Shown here: positions 12,672 through 26,294 of the stretch, one piece after another
Layout of the letters: the number at the start of each line of letters is the position of its first letter
Position numbering within the stretch: position 1 is the stretch's first letter
Assembly (NCBI GenBank): GCA_951406725.2
Contig: OX597821.1
Location: 86,056,001-86,120,000 of the forward strand
Source: Octopus vulgaris
Taxonomy: Eukaryota
DNA length: 64,000 nt
Reading direction: 5' to 3'
Notes under the pieces: generated by a model
Seen by the model: only the letters and a program-made list of their open reading frames with translations
Database searches by the model: none
Told to the model about the DNA's origin: nothing
Made by a program: the position numbers and the translations under genes

Positions 12672-13073
12672 TTTACTCTTTTAATTGTTTCAGTCATTTG
12701 ATTGCGGCCATGCTGGAGCACCGCCTTTAGTCGAGCAAATCGAGCCCAGGACTTATTCCTTGTAAGCCTAGTACTTATTCTATCGGTCTCTTTTGCCGAA
12801 CCGCTAAGTTACAGAGACGTAAACACACCAGCATCGGTTGTCAAGTGATTTTGAGGGGACAAACACAGACACACAAACACACACACACATACATATATAT
12901 ATAGATATACATATATTCGACAGGCTTCTTTCAGTTTCCGTCTACCAAATCGACTTACACGGCTTTGGTCGGCTCGAGACTATAGTAGAAGACATTTGCC
13001 CAAGGTGCCACGCAGTGGGAATGAACCCGGAACCATGTGGTAAGCTACTTACCACACAGCCACTCCGGCGCCT
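12672..13073 (-). mobile_element. Copy of the 20990 SINE family
   Basis: Reverse-complement match with small deletions. Confidence 0.8.
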
Positions 13074-13456
13074 AATTCCTTAAAAAAAAAAAATTACGAG
13101 GGGTTAAAGTAGAATTCTGTCTTTCTTTTTAGATATTATGTAATATCCATATTTTTGTTTAAAGATAATAGTTCTTGATTTGTTTAAAATTTGACTGCTA
13201 TCTCTAGCTGATCGAGTAATAGTTAAAACATTCCCTCGTTAGCTTATGATAGTAACGTTGTTGTTATGGTCCTCGCTGTCATCGTCATCGTTTTGCGCTG
13301 GATTGGCTTGGTTGAGCAACTTCGAGATGATAACATTAGTCATTGTGCCCTTTCTATTTTTAAGAGGGTAAAGTATCAAATGAGGAACTTAGTTGCTATT
13401 TCCAGCTTATGGGGTCGCAAAGTTACTGCTTCAACGGTCCTGTTGGCTTGTAAGGG

Positions 13457-13680
13457 AGCTGGCAGAAACGTTAGCACGCCGGGCGAAATGCTTAGCGGTA
13501 TTGCGTCTGTCGTTGCGTTCTGAGTTCAAATTCCGCCGAGGTCGACTTTGCCTTTCATCCTTTCGGGGTCGATAAATTAAGTACCAGTTACGCACTGGGG
13601 TCGATATAATCGACTTAATCCATTTGTCTGTCCTTGTTTGTCCCCTCTGTGTTTAGCCCCTTGTGGGCAATAAAGAAAGA
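13457..13680 (+). mobile_element. SINE with Meta-domain-like core (other copies ~260-466, 10205-10400, 38975-39209 minus, 47340-47780)
   Basis: Head GAGCTGGCAGAAACGTTAGC, B-box GAGTTCAAATTCC, core GTCGACTTTGCCTTTCATCCTTTCGGGGTCGATAAATTAAGTACC. Confidence 0.8.
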
Positions 13681-14393
13681 GATATTGATGTCGGTGGTGC
13701 TTTGATTAAGTTGATATTTCAGTTGTTTTTATCTTATATTTTATTCCCAGTATATTGTATTTAGAACAATAATATTCCACGTGTTCTTTCTCCATTTTTC
13801 AAGAAGTTAGGGGGAAATTTTGGAGTTTATCATTCCTATATTTTTACTCTGCGTGTGCGATACGTGTACGTATGTGTGTGTTTGCGCAAAACGGAGCATG
13901 AAAATATGTGCACAAGCAGGTATGCGAATTCAGTTATACACGGACTCGAACACCAAACACTCACGAAAGTAAACAGAAGCATATCTATGTGCATATCAAC
14001 TCACGAATACCCTCAGATCGCACCCTGCCTCCGTTGGATAATGTAGTCCTATTTTAAATCGGGTACTTATTTCAATCACTCTCTTAATGCCGAATCGCTG
14101 TTACGGGAAAGTAAACAAACTAAGCGGTGTGTGTGTGTATGTGTGTGTGTAGTACCCAAACATGAATATACACACACATACCCACGAGCACACGCATACA
14201 CACGCACCCGTGCACACACGCACCCGTGCACATACACGCTCATGCACATACACATACGACGGCTTGTAAACAGTTTCCGTCTCCCAAATTCACGCTCGAA
14301 GCTTTGGTCGTCCCAGGGTTATGGCACAAAGGTAACACACAGTGGAACTGAACTCGAAAGCAAGTGGATGCAAAACGAGCCTATTAACCACAC

Positions 14394-14497
<104 letters not shown>

Positions 14498-14559
14498 GTC
14501 TATCTGTCTATCTGTCTATCTGGCTGTCTGTCTGTCTGTCTATCTATCTATGTGCATTA

Positions 14560-14596
<37 letters not shown>

Positions 14597-15101
14597 GTGT
14601 GTGTGTGTGTGTGTGTATGTGTTTCAGTCATGAGACTGCGGCCATACTAGGGCACTGCCTAGTTTAAAACAAAAAGTCTGATACTTATACTATTGGTCTC
14701 TTTAGCCAAACTGCTATGCTACGATGATGTAAGCACACCAACACCGGCTGTCAAGCAGTAGTGGGGGACTAATACATGTACACAGACATACTTATTCACA
14801 GACACATATATGTACATATACACACACATCTACGAAGGGTTTCCCTCAGTTTCTGTCTACAAAATCCACTAGTGGGATTGAACCCGGAGCCATGTGGTTG
14901 GGGAACAAGCTTCTTACCATACCTATGTGTGTGTGTGTAATTTCTTTATTGGCTTCAGTCAATGGCCTAGGGTCATTCTGGGGCACTGACTTTACGATGA
15001 GATTCACTGCAGCATATATTTCGTTTTGGTAGGTCCACTTTGCCTTTCATCCTTTCGGGGTCGATTAAATAAGTACCAGTTACTCACTGGTGTCGATATT
15101 T

Positions 15102-15519
15102 AGGCGGCGAGCTGGCAGTAGCATTAGCGCGCCGGGGGAAATACTTAGCGGTATTTCGTCTGCCGTTACGTTCTGAGTTCAAATTCCGCCGAGGTCGACT
15201 TTGCCTTTTATCCTTTCGGGGTCGATAAATTAAGTACCAGTTACGCACTGGAGTCGATGTAATCGACTTAATCCGTTTGTCTGTCCTTGTTTGTCCCCTC
15301 TGTGTTTAGCCCTTGTGGGTAGTAAAGAAATAGGTATTTCGTCTGCCGTTACGTTCTGAGTTCAAATTCCGCCGAGGTCGACTTTGCCTTTCATCCTTTT
15401 GGGGTCGATAAATTAAGTACCAGCTACGCACTGGAGTCGATGTAATCGACTTAATCCGCTTGTCTGTCCTTGTTTGTCCTCTCTGTGTTTAGCCCCTTGT
15501 GGGTAGTAAAGAAATAGGT
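15102..15519 (+). mobile_element. Dimeric Meta-like SINE
   Basis: One head plus two bodies joined at GAAATA-GGTATTTCGTCTGCC. Confidence 0.8.
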
Positions 15520-16125
15520 AATTATTTTATTGACCTCTAATAACTGGGATATAGCGGGACCCTATTAGGACACAGACAGACAATAATAACAGCGTGAGTC
15601 ACGTATAATGTCGTGCATCCACGCAAAACCGGACAAACTACGAAAGATTCCCTCGCTTCCCGTGTATGTTGGTATATTTAAGGTTCAGTATTCTCATTTG
15701 TTTAATTGATATAGACAGATATTCTTAGCACCGACTACCCGTTGATTCGTTGTGCACTCCCAGTAATTAACTCGTGTAATTGAACTAAAATTACTTTGCC
15801 TAGGTTCATCATACGTTCACACTTACATACATACGTACATACATACATACATACATACATACATACATACATACATACATACATACATACATACATTATT
15901 ATGGCTGCCTCCTCGTTATCGAGTATGGCTATTGCACGAAGCTTAACTGTTATCGGTGTTGTGATCGAATGTGACTTTTTAGCTCAGCTAAAGATCTACA
16001 ATGTCTTGTACAAAATTGGCAACTAAAACCTTCACTGGTAATAGCCAGCTGTAGTTGTAACTGGGCTTCATGTACATACATACATACATACATACATACA
16101 TACACACACATGCTTATATACTGTA

Positions 16126-16327
16126 CGAGGGGCTGGCTTGGGTAAAAGAAAATACAGGAAGATAAGTTAATTACGATCTTATTCAACATATTCCCCTCTC
16201 AGATTCACACACTTATAGCAGGGGTCCTTCAGTTTTTCTAAGCCCTGTAAAAGAACTCGGAAGGGTGGGACACCAACCAGTCCTTTCGTGATACCCGTAA
16301 AGCCAGGAGCCTTTCAGCACCCCCTCG
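16126..16327. mobile_element. Mariner-type MITE (interrupted copies 4631-5150 and 8589-8947)
   Basis: TA|CGAGGGG...CCCCTCG|TA termini; three copies share the internal sequence gggtaaaagaaaatacagg...tcagattcacac...ccttcagtttttctaag. Confidence 0.78.
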
Positions 16328-16342
16328 TACGAACTGATATAT

Positions 16343-16565
16343 CTCTTTACTCTTTTACTCTTTTACTTGTTTCAGTCATTTGACTGCGGCCATGCTGGAG
16401 CACCGCCTTTAGTCGAGCAAGTCGACCCCGGGACTTATTCTTTGTAAGCCCAGTACTTTATTCTATCGGTCTCTTTTTTGCCGAACCGCTAAGTGACGGG
16501 GACGTAAACACACCAGCATCGGTTGTCAAGAAATGCTAGGGGAACAAACACAGACACACAAGCAT

Positions 16566-16600
<35 letters not shown>

Positions 16601-16769
16601 CATATATACATATATACGACAGGCTTCTTTCAGTTTCCGTCTACCAAATCCACTCACAAGGCTATATATATAGCAGAAGACACTTGCCCAAGATGCCACG
16701 CAGTGAGACTGAACCCGGAACCATGTGGTTGGTTAGCAAGCTACTTACCACACAGTCACTCCTGCGCCT
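16343..16769 (-). mobile_element. Copy of the 20990 SINE family
   Basis: Reverse-complement match. Confidence 0.85.
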
Positions 16770-17027
16770 ATACGTATATATACATGTTATGCATATACAT
16801 TATATGTATTAAACAATATCTGTAGACTTTTAGCCTACATAGTATGTATAGACAGATGTAAAACATCTTGTCTCTGCAGAGAACATATCTGCGGAGAGAA
16901 AAATCTGAAAGAATATTCTGTAATAACAAATCGTTGAAAGAAAACATTGTGAAGACGCCAGTGATCTATTAACTGTGCGGGCGTGTTTATGAGAGTTTAT
17001 GCGTGCGTGAGCGCGAGCGTATATTCA

Positions 17028-17216
<189 letters not shown>

Positions 17217-17861
17217 GTCTATCTATCCATCTATCTACTTATCTGTCTGTCTGTTTGCTTGTCTCTTTGTCTGTTCGTTACACCTGTTTTATTTTCATAA
17301 TTAATAAAAACCGAAACATTTCTGGATTTGACACACACGCACACACACGCACACACACGCACGCACACACACACACACACGCACGCACGCACACACGCAC
17401 ACATGCACACGCACGCACGCACGCACGCACGCACATAATTGAGTGACGTATGTGTGTATCGTATTGGTCATGCTCGTCAAACAAGCAGAGTCATCACATA
17501 TATATGCGCAGGAATGGCTGTGTCCTAGGTACGTACCTTGCTTACCAGCCTCATGGTTCCGGGTTCAGTCCTACTGGCACCATCGGCAAGTGTCTTCTGC
17601 TATAGCTTCGGGCCGACCAAAGCCTTCTGAGTGGACTTGGTAGACGGAAACAGAAAGAAATCCGTCGCTTGACAACCAATGCTGGTGTGTTTACGTTCGA
17701 CATAAGAGACCGACAGAATAAGTACTATTCTTACAATGAATAAGTCCTGGTGTCGATTTTCTCGACTTAAGGCGGTGCTCCAGCATGGTCACAGTCAAAA
17801 TGACAGAAACCAGTAAAAGAGAGACTAAAAGATGTGTATGTGTGTGTGCATATATATATAC

Positions 17862-17967
<106 letters not shown>

Positions 17968-18569
17968 GAGTGTATGCACGTATGATTCACTCCATTGCTA
18001 CTTTTCCCGCTATGTCCAATCCTATAGGTGATTAGGTGATTAATCCTGTTTGTATATCCAAGCCTGTGGGTCTGTGTGTGCGTATGTGTGCGTGTGCATG
18101 TAATTACACGCACATCTATATATATGTTTTTTCTGTTACCTTTCGCTTAGATTGCTTAGCCATTGGACTGCAACCATGCTGGGGCACCGCCTTGAAGAAT
18201 TTTTAGTCAAACGAATCGACCCTAGTATTATTTTTTTAAAGCCTTGTACTTATTCCATCGGGCTCTTTGGCCGAACCGTTGGGTTACACGGACGTAATCA
18301 CACCAACACATGTTGTCAAGCGATGGTAGGGGACAATCATAGCCATAAAGACACACACATACATGCATATATATACGACGGGCTTCTATCAGTTTCCGTC
18401 TACCAAACCCACCTCATAAGGCTTTGGTCGGCCCGAGGCTATAGTAGAGGATACTTGCCTTAGGTGCCACGCAGTGGGACTGAACTCGGAATCATGTAGT
18501 TGGGAAGCAAGCTTCTTACCACACAACCACACCTGTGCATACACACACTCACTCACACACACACACACA

Positions 18570-18642
<73 letters not shown>

Positions 18643-20502
18643 CTTTTTGCATGCATCAGCTGTCAACTACATTTTCGTATTTTGGCACAAGGTAATCGAT
18701 ATCAGGGTAAGGGTTAAGTCGAATACCTCGACCCCAGTTTTCCTCGGGTACTTTCTTCATCGACCCAGAAAGGATGAAAGTAAAGTCTACCTCGGCGGAA
18801 TTTGTACTCAGAACGTAAAGACAGATGAAATAAGCATTTTGTCCGTCTTGACAAACATGCATTTTACCCGGCGTGCTAATGATTCGATTTTATTAATGAA
18901 AACATGTTTGACTTTACCTAGACTTATAAAGACATTTTTCTTGAGGTTTTAATGGTGGCGGCGGTGGTGGTGTTGGGCGTTGGGAGCGAATCATAATGGC
19001 TTGTGAAATCTCCTTCACTTGTAAAAAACCGTATATATCTGTAGTACGGATCCAGATCAGCTTTGTTCAAGTGCCCCAATAGCCAAAGATGTTTCCCCTG
19101 GACTACATTATCTAATGTGTCCTTCATTTATAAAGATACTAGAGTCTGATGAGAGAGACGTTTGGTTGCTATTTCTAACAGGACAGTTGACTACGCAGAG
19201 AATTATTCCACCTCTCACAATGTTTCCTTTTCTTGTCTTACAAGAAACAGGGAATTGGCTTTAACACTGAGCTTTGCAGCAGTTGTTAATAGAAAATAAC
19301 CCTGATAGGAATCAATGTTTGGTTTTCTTTCAGCTACACCTCAAAATATACAGTAGTCAGTGATACCAGTGCTAAAGTAGTATAAACCTTAGCTGGGGCT
19401 TTATAAGATTTTTAATGAGTTATGTTTGGTTTGTTGCGCCAAAGTATATTAACCTACGTACTCTGTAACACGAAGTTAGGTATGCTACGATATATGCTAC
19501 AGTGTAACACATATCATAGTAGTGAAGGTGGTGGTGATGATGATGATGATGATGATGAGGAGGAGGAATTATCATCATCATCATCATCCTTATCATCATG
19601 AGAAGGAGAAGCAGTTGCTTCTACGACCCAAGTATAATTCCTTTCTACTAAAGGCACAAGACCTAAGACCCAAATATAACTAGTTGGGTCTGAGAAATGA
19701 TCACAGATTCTCTGCCTGTAAGCGTGCGATATGTGGTAATGTTATGTAGTACGTCATTGTATGATAGCTAATTTGCTCACGGTTGTCTATGATATATTTT
19801 ACATCGTAAAACAGTAGAAAACCAGGAAACTTGAGGTAGTTTGCGTTGACAAACAATAAGGTAACGTGTTTCAAGCAGAGAAATGAATTTTATGCTGTGG
19901 GGTAGAAGAGCCCAAAGTTTCGAGTGTTCTGTCCGAAACGGCAGAGTTTACTTCCTCGCAGTAGGACCGCCAAGAGAAAGTGGAGCAAGACTGCTTTTAG
20001 ACCTTACAGAAATGGAGGTGATTGTCTTAAAATTTAGGACAGCTGCGAGGGGTTTTTTATTGTGAAAGGGGAAAACCCCAATTACATGCCTCTGTTTATC
20101 TTTTCACAACTTCTGTTTCATCTTGTTACTTCAGGAGTTGGAAAACATGGCGGTCTTTTCATTGTAACTGAGAGCAAAATACAAATTAATATATTGTTTA
20201 CTCTAAGCATTTAGATTGAGCAAAGACCAAAAGATGTTGGCTACAATTCCTACTTCACTAAAATTATACAGAACAGTACACGTATTGAACAGATATTTTT
20301 TTATAAGGTATTTTGAGGTAGATTTAGCTGGTATTTGCAGTGTATAATGTAATCACGAAGAGGTTTCTTCATTGACATCTTTATTTTATGTTTTTTTTTG
20401 TTTTGTCATCCAATTGTATGTCTTTGATTGCGTGTTTTTTTTGCACTTTTAAGTTTTAATTCTAATGATTATGACATATTAGATATTAAGTGTTTATGAA
20501 GA

Positions 20503-20537
<35 letters not shown>

Positions 20538-20989
20538 ATGTGTACATATATGCATGTATATAAATTTGTGTGCTTAAGTATTAATGAATATTCATGTCTT
20601 TTATCATTTATCTTTTACCTGTTTCAGTCATTTGACTGAGGCCGTGCTGGAGTACTGCCTTGAAGAATTTTAGTCGAACGAATTGACCCCTATACTTATT
20701 TTATTTATTTTTTGCCTGGTAGTTATTCAATCGGTGTATTTTGCCGGACCGCAACGTTACAGAGACGCAAACACATCAACACCAGTCGTCAAACGGTGGT
20801 GGAAGACAAACGTAGACACAAAGACAGTAAACGACGGGCTTCTTTCAGTTTCTGTCTATTATATCCTCTCACTAGGCTTTGGCCGATCCAAAGCTATAGT
20901 AACAGCAACGTTTCAGGATAACTCAACTGAAAAGAAGAATTACATCGAGTTATGAGAAGCCGATTTACAAAAAAAAAAAAAAAAACGTT

Positions 20990-21420
20990 AGGCGCAGGAG
21001 TGGCTGTGTGGTAAGTAGCTTGCTCACCAACCACATGGTTCTGGTTTCAATCCCACTGCGTGGCATCTTGGGCAAGTGTCTTCTGCTATAGCCCCGGGCC
21101 GACCAATGCCTTGTGAGTGGATTTGGTAGACGGAAACTGAAAGAAGCCTGTCGTATATATGTATATATATATATATGTATGCGAGTGTATGTTTGTGTGT
21201 CTGTGTTTGTCCCCCTAGCGTTGCTTGACAACCGATGCTGGTGTGTGTTTACGTCCCCGTCACTTAGCGGTTCGGCAAAAGTGACCGATAGAATAAGTAC
21301 TGGGCTTACAAAGAATAAGTCCCGGGGTCGATTTGCTCGACTAAAGGCGGTGCTCCAGCATGGCCGCAGTCAAATGACTGAAGCAAGTAAAAGAGTAAAA
21401 GAGTAAAAGAGTAAAAGAGT
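20990..21420 (+). mobile_element. Abundant tRNA-headed SINE with CORE-like motif, internal microsatellite and (GTAAAAGA)n tail
   Basis: A-box TGGCTGTGTGG, B-box-like GTTTCAATCCC, CTTGGGCAAGT motif; about 30 full or partial copies in the window by eye. Confidence 0.85.
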
Positions 21421-21423
21421 ATG

Positions 21424-21584
21424 CAAACCACTTATTTTTTTTTCCGGCACATCGACAAAGGTAATGCAACTAAGATGGCCATCCACATTGAAGACTAACT
21501 CCACACCATATGAAATCAAGTGGAGAATCGTGGAGAAATCCAAGCCATATGAAGTAAGGAAATGCAGCTTAGGCGTAGGAGAAA
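21424..21584 (+). pseudogene. Penelope-like GIY-YIG endonuclease C-terminal fragment
   Basis: Reads NH..FRHIDKGNATKMAIHI..NSTPYEIKWRIVEKSKPYEVRKCSLGVGE, resembling the PLE pattern NHxxSFxH..T.LS..IW..Y.IKW.I..PY..C.LC..EK. Confidence 0.65.
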
Positions 21585-23211
21585 GTGTTGGCGACAGGAA
21601 GAGCACATGGCTGTAGAAAAACCTCACCAACTAATTTACACCCGACCCATGCACGCATGAAAGAGAGGACATTAAACGTTAATGATGATGATCATCATTA
21701 TCAACATACGGTGGTCTGTCTACTATATTTTTCCTAGTATAGATTATCTGTAGTGTGCTGCTGGTTATTGTAATATTATTAGACAATACCATTTTTCTGA
21801 AGGGATCCGTACTCCTAGGAATGCTTTCCAGTAATTATAACATTGAATAGACAAGAAATAAATATTTTATAACCAAGGCTAGTTGGAATGCTAGTATTTC
21901 TCAGGTTAATCTATCTCCCCAAATGATAAGGCATCACTTTTAAAGTTGGGCAAATTGAGGCCAGTAGTATTATGTATCTTGCTCAGTGAAACGTGATAAT
22001 GCCTAAAATGATATATAAACCTATCAGGTTTCATTTATTCTGTACATCATTGCATGTCATAGTTCTATTTAAAATATCCTTGCATGGCTTCGAAGAGCAT
22101 TCCTCATTACGACTCAGGATATTACATCTGAATTATAACAATTTTATGATATATCATGGCTACATGTATGATATCACGGTAACCAGATAATTCAAACCTC
22201 TCAAGCATATATCTTGGCAATCTATAGTGAACAACTTTAGTGTATTCTCAAGCATATTTGTAATTCATTTCTATGAAGTTTGTGTACGTGCCAAAATAAC
22301 ATAACTGCTAGCTGTAGAGGTTTAGCTAGGAAAAGTATGTCTTTTCAATCTATCTCCTGCAGTCCCCATTTGCAAATTCTCTATCAATTTCATTCACGCA
22401 ACTCTGCAAACTAGTTATTTGACTCTGAGAATTTACAAAATAAACTTAATTTTCGTTGACATATTACGTTTGACATTTGTTAATAACAGCTGTGCGTGTC
22501 GTATAAATTTCTTCATATTCAGGAAGTATACTTGAAGCTGGTTCACAGAATTATTGTTTCGACGCTGACATTGCAAAATACTCCATAGATTGTATTATCA
22601 AACTTAAACACATATAACTCCTACGAGTCAACGCATGATGTTAATTTTTTTTTACTTTCGAGTATTTTTGATTTTTTGCTATTCGTCTGCCGTTTATGTA
22701 CACAGTTGAGTTATTTAGCAAATTTTATTATAGAGCTTTGATTTATTAGGTCTAGCAAACAGATTTTATACAGAGGCTCTCACTACACACACATAGACCC
22801 CCCCTCCCCCCACATACACACACACACACACGCACATACACATGACAGAAGGATGCGATTTAGCTATTATCTGTAATAGGACAAGCTACCATATAGATCC
22901 CCCCTCCTTGTTGACTCATTCATTCATACCAACATGAAACTGCATGGTGTAATTTTAGGGAGATAAAGCTGATATTTCCATTCGGCTTAGCTACCGCATC
23001 ACATGGAGGCCTTCTTCTTTGGCTCACATATATGAGCGCAGCGTTACATAATCGGATTGTTATCTAACAGTCCGTTGAATCCCTAGTGCGAAACCAATTG
23101 GTACGATCGGCCGAAATAGATATATAATATTGTACACTTCGGATAATATACCTATTGTACTGACACGTATATGAGTTCATTTTTCCTGACTTATGGACTC
23201 TTAGACGGTTT

Positions 23212-23286
<75 letters not shown>

Positions 23287-23653
23287 TATACACGTGACAG
23301 TAGGCTATGACATGAGGGAGATGTGGTTGCTATTTCTAGCAGGTCTAATAACCACATAACTGCATCCGCGTTGGCTCACACACACATATCACATAAAACA
23401 GCAGGGTGTTGTTTAAGGGATTTTTGATGGCTATTTCCAGCAGCCCTCACGTTGGTCATACATACACATGTACATTAATAATATATGTGATTTCAGGGAG
23501 ATTTACCTGCTTTTCTTTCTAGTATGTCTAACGTAGAAAAGTTGACTCACTGGTCAAAAGATTGTAGGTTGTGATTTGTGAGAAATTTGGTTGTTATTTC
23601 TAACAAATCGAGATAACACGGAGAGGCTCCCATGTTGCCCATTGAAACATAAA

Positions 23654-24130
23654 CGAGGTCTGATCAATAAGTATCCGGACTGTTACCATAGCAACGAAGC
23701 TAAAGCACATAGAGTGAAGCCGCCAGGCAAAATTGACTTTGAACTTCGTTGTGCATGCGCACTAAGTTTTAACGTTTCAGCTCACCTCCGCTGTTTACAG
23801 CAGTGCTTGGTAGGAAGGTGTGTAGCATGTGGTCATCGCATTGACCATGACAGAGAAAGTTGTCGGGCGATACCTGCTCAGAGGCCCAAGCAATGTTGCA
23901 GAAAGTGTATAGATAGGAGTGTATGAGCCGCACACAAGTGTACGAGCTGTTCAGACGTTTCGAAGATGGCCGAAAAAATGTCGCTAGTGCCAAAACTGCT
24001 TTCAGCTGACCAAAAGGGCACTCGGGTTTCAGTTGCACAAGATTTCCATGATTGTGTCGAGAACAATGAAAAATTTTTGAAAGCTTTACGTAGGCCTCTA
24101 AGCAGGTATCACCAAGCTTTTGGCAAAAGG
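23654..24130. mobile_element. Deleted mariner derivative (TIR plus N-terminal HTH fragments on both strands)
   Basis: TIR-like CGAGGTCTGATCAATAAGTATCCGGACT; plus strand GDTCSEAQAMLQKVY..CMSRTQVYELFRRFEDGRK; minus strand FCQKLGDTCLEAYVKL. Confidence 0.7.
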
Positions 24131-25349
24131 CGTCTATAGATAAAAAATGACTGAGAACCACTGACTTAGATGTACAATTGGTATGTTAAACAACAACAAA
24201 AATGTAGATCTATTAAGCCCGAAACTTATTCCTAGCCTTTTATCAAAGATTAGGTTTCCTTCACTTAATGTCAAAACTTCAGACCCGAAGCTGACCTTGA
24301 GTAGAGAGAGATTACCTTTGTATAGTACGGGAGTGGCGGCGAGAGGAGTTTGGCAAACAACTGAGTGATCGATTGATCGAATAATCGTTTCATTAGTTGA
24401 TTAAACAGCTAACCAATTGGCGAGTAATAATAAAGCAGTGAAACTGAACCAGTGCGTGTGTTTATTATTGGCATGATGACCCTCCTGAGATACCAAAAAA
24501 TCTTTCTCAACACACTCGTTCACATCAAGAATCTTGCGAACCAAATACGAAAACAGAGCATAGTTTACTGCAAATTTGTTTCTTAATTCCGTGCAATTAC
24601 TCCCTATTTCTTTGCTAGTTACTCACACTTACCACTGTTTCTCTTTGACTTCATTTAGTATGTCATTCAGTTCATCACCGCCAAATAGAAATAATCAAAT
24701 TTAGGCGCAGCTCACGAGGGAGAAATATAGAGTTATTGAAGTGCTTACAAGAACTGTTATGCACCTTCTTTAGGAGCAAAAATATCTATATTTGTTGATT
24801 GCATATTAACATGTTAACTGCACTTAATTATTTCATTAAATTCTACATCTAGAATTGGTTGAGAGGTAAGATTATTTCTATTTCTCCCTGTTGCTTAACC
24901 TCGGAACATCCCTGACTTATGAGTAAAAACGTTCTAGCTTCGACCATTCCGTTTTTTTTTCTAACTGTATCTAGTGCATTACCCAAAGTGTTATTCTAAG
25001 ACAGCTGAGCAGTGGTTCTCAGGCATATTTTGTCCATGGTTTCCTTTGATTCCTATTTTGCTCCACTGGACTTCCATAGCTGTTATGTTGTGTATAAAAA
25101 ATCCTACCGTAATTTTATAATTAAATATTAAGAATTGTATGGAAAAAATTTTTTTTAATATTTTCTGCATTGTAGAGTTATAAGCAATTTATTGCAAATA
25201 AATTTCAACAACGGACCCTGGATGAGAACCGCTGACTTGATAAATATTTTGCTGGTTATTGTGGTTGTTTAGCACCAGGAATGTCTTGACTGAGCAGATC
25301 TATGGTCAAAAGTGACCCAGCTATTGCAATTAAGTTCTCCATATACATT

Positions 25350-25657
25350 GCGTGGAGGCGCAATGGCCTAGTGGTTAGGGCAGCGGACTCGCGGTCGCAG
25401 GATCGCGGTTTCGATTCCCAGACCGGGCGTTGTGAGTGTTTATTGAGCGAAAACACCTAAAAAGCTCCACGAGGCTCCGGCAGGGGGTGGTGATCCCTGC
25501 TGTACTCTTTCACCACTCTTTCTCCCACTCTTTCTTCTGTTGGCCTGCTCGCTTAGCCAGCGGGGTGGCGTCATTCGAAGGCTAAAACAATGCGAATGCA
25601 TTGTGACCAGCGATGTGTAACAACATCTGATGGTCTGGTCGGTCACGTGATCACGTG
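25350..25657 (+). mobile_element. tRNA-Arg-derived SINE, alternative-tail subfamily (second copy ~26761-27054)
   Basis: Same head as 34988 but a different 3' half ending GGTCACGTGATCACGTG; 9-bp TSD ATATACATT. Confidence 0.85.
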
Positions 25658-26219
25658 ATATACATTCCAGTTCTAGGACAACAATACGAATACAATGTGA
25701 CCATCCATATCGAAGACTCTAAAGTGCAATGCAGCTGATAACAGGCTGCTGTCTTTATCAGGTCAAGCGGCCACCAATGAATAGATATTACTCAAGTACC
25801 GAGACCTGGAAAACCTACTCAGCTATTTTCCCTCTTTTATCTTTTACTTGTTTCAGTCATTAGACTGCGGCCGTGCTGGTGCACCGCCTTGAATTTTTAA
25901 CCGAATGTATTGACCCCAGTACTTATCTTTTTAAAGCCTGGACGGGACCAGTATTGAGGAGTGGCAGAAACAGCCCGAAACAAGGACTGGTCTGCTGGTC
26001 CCTTCGCTAGGAGATGGTAGGAGTTCGCTCCCCTGCTCGCAATTTTATCGAATGCAGCTGTGCATCGTTAACCAGCTAGAGGAGATGTCCTCTTGGGGTT
26101 AAAAAACCGCTGTAGTGTCCGCTCGAACGGACGGCCATGTTAAAGTGGCTATGAATATTACTTGTCAGTACAACTATTATGTTGATCTCTTAGAGAGATT
26201 TTAGAACTAGCATTTTGCT

Positions 26220-26294
<75 letters not shown>
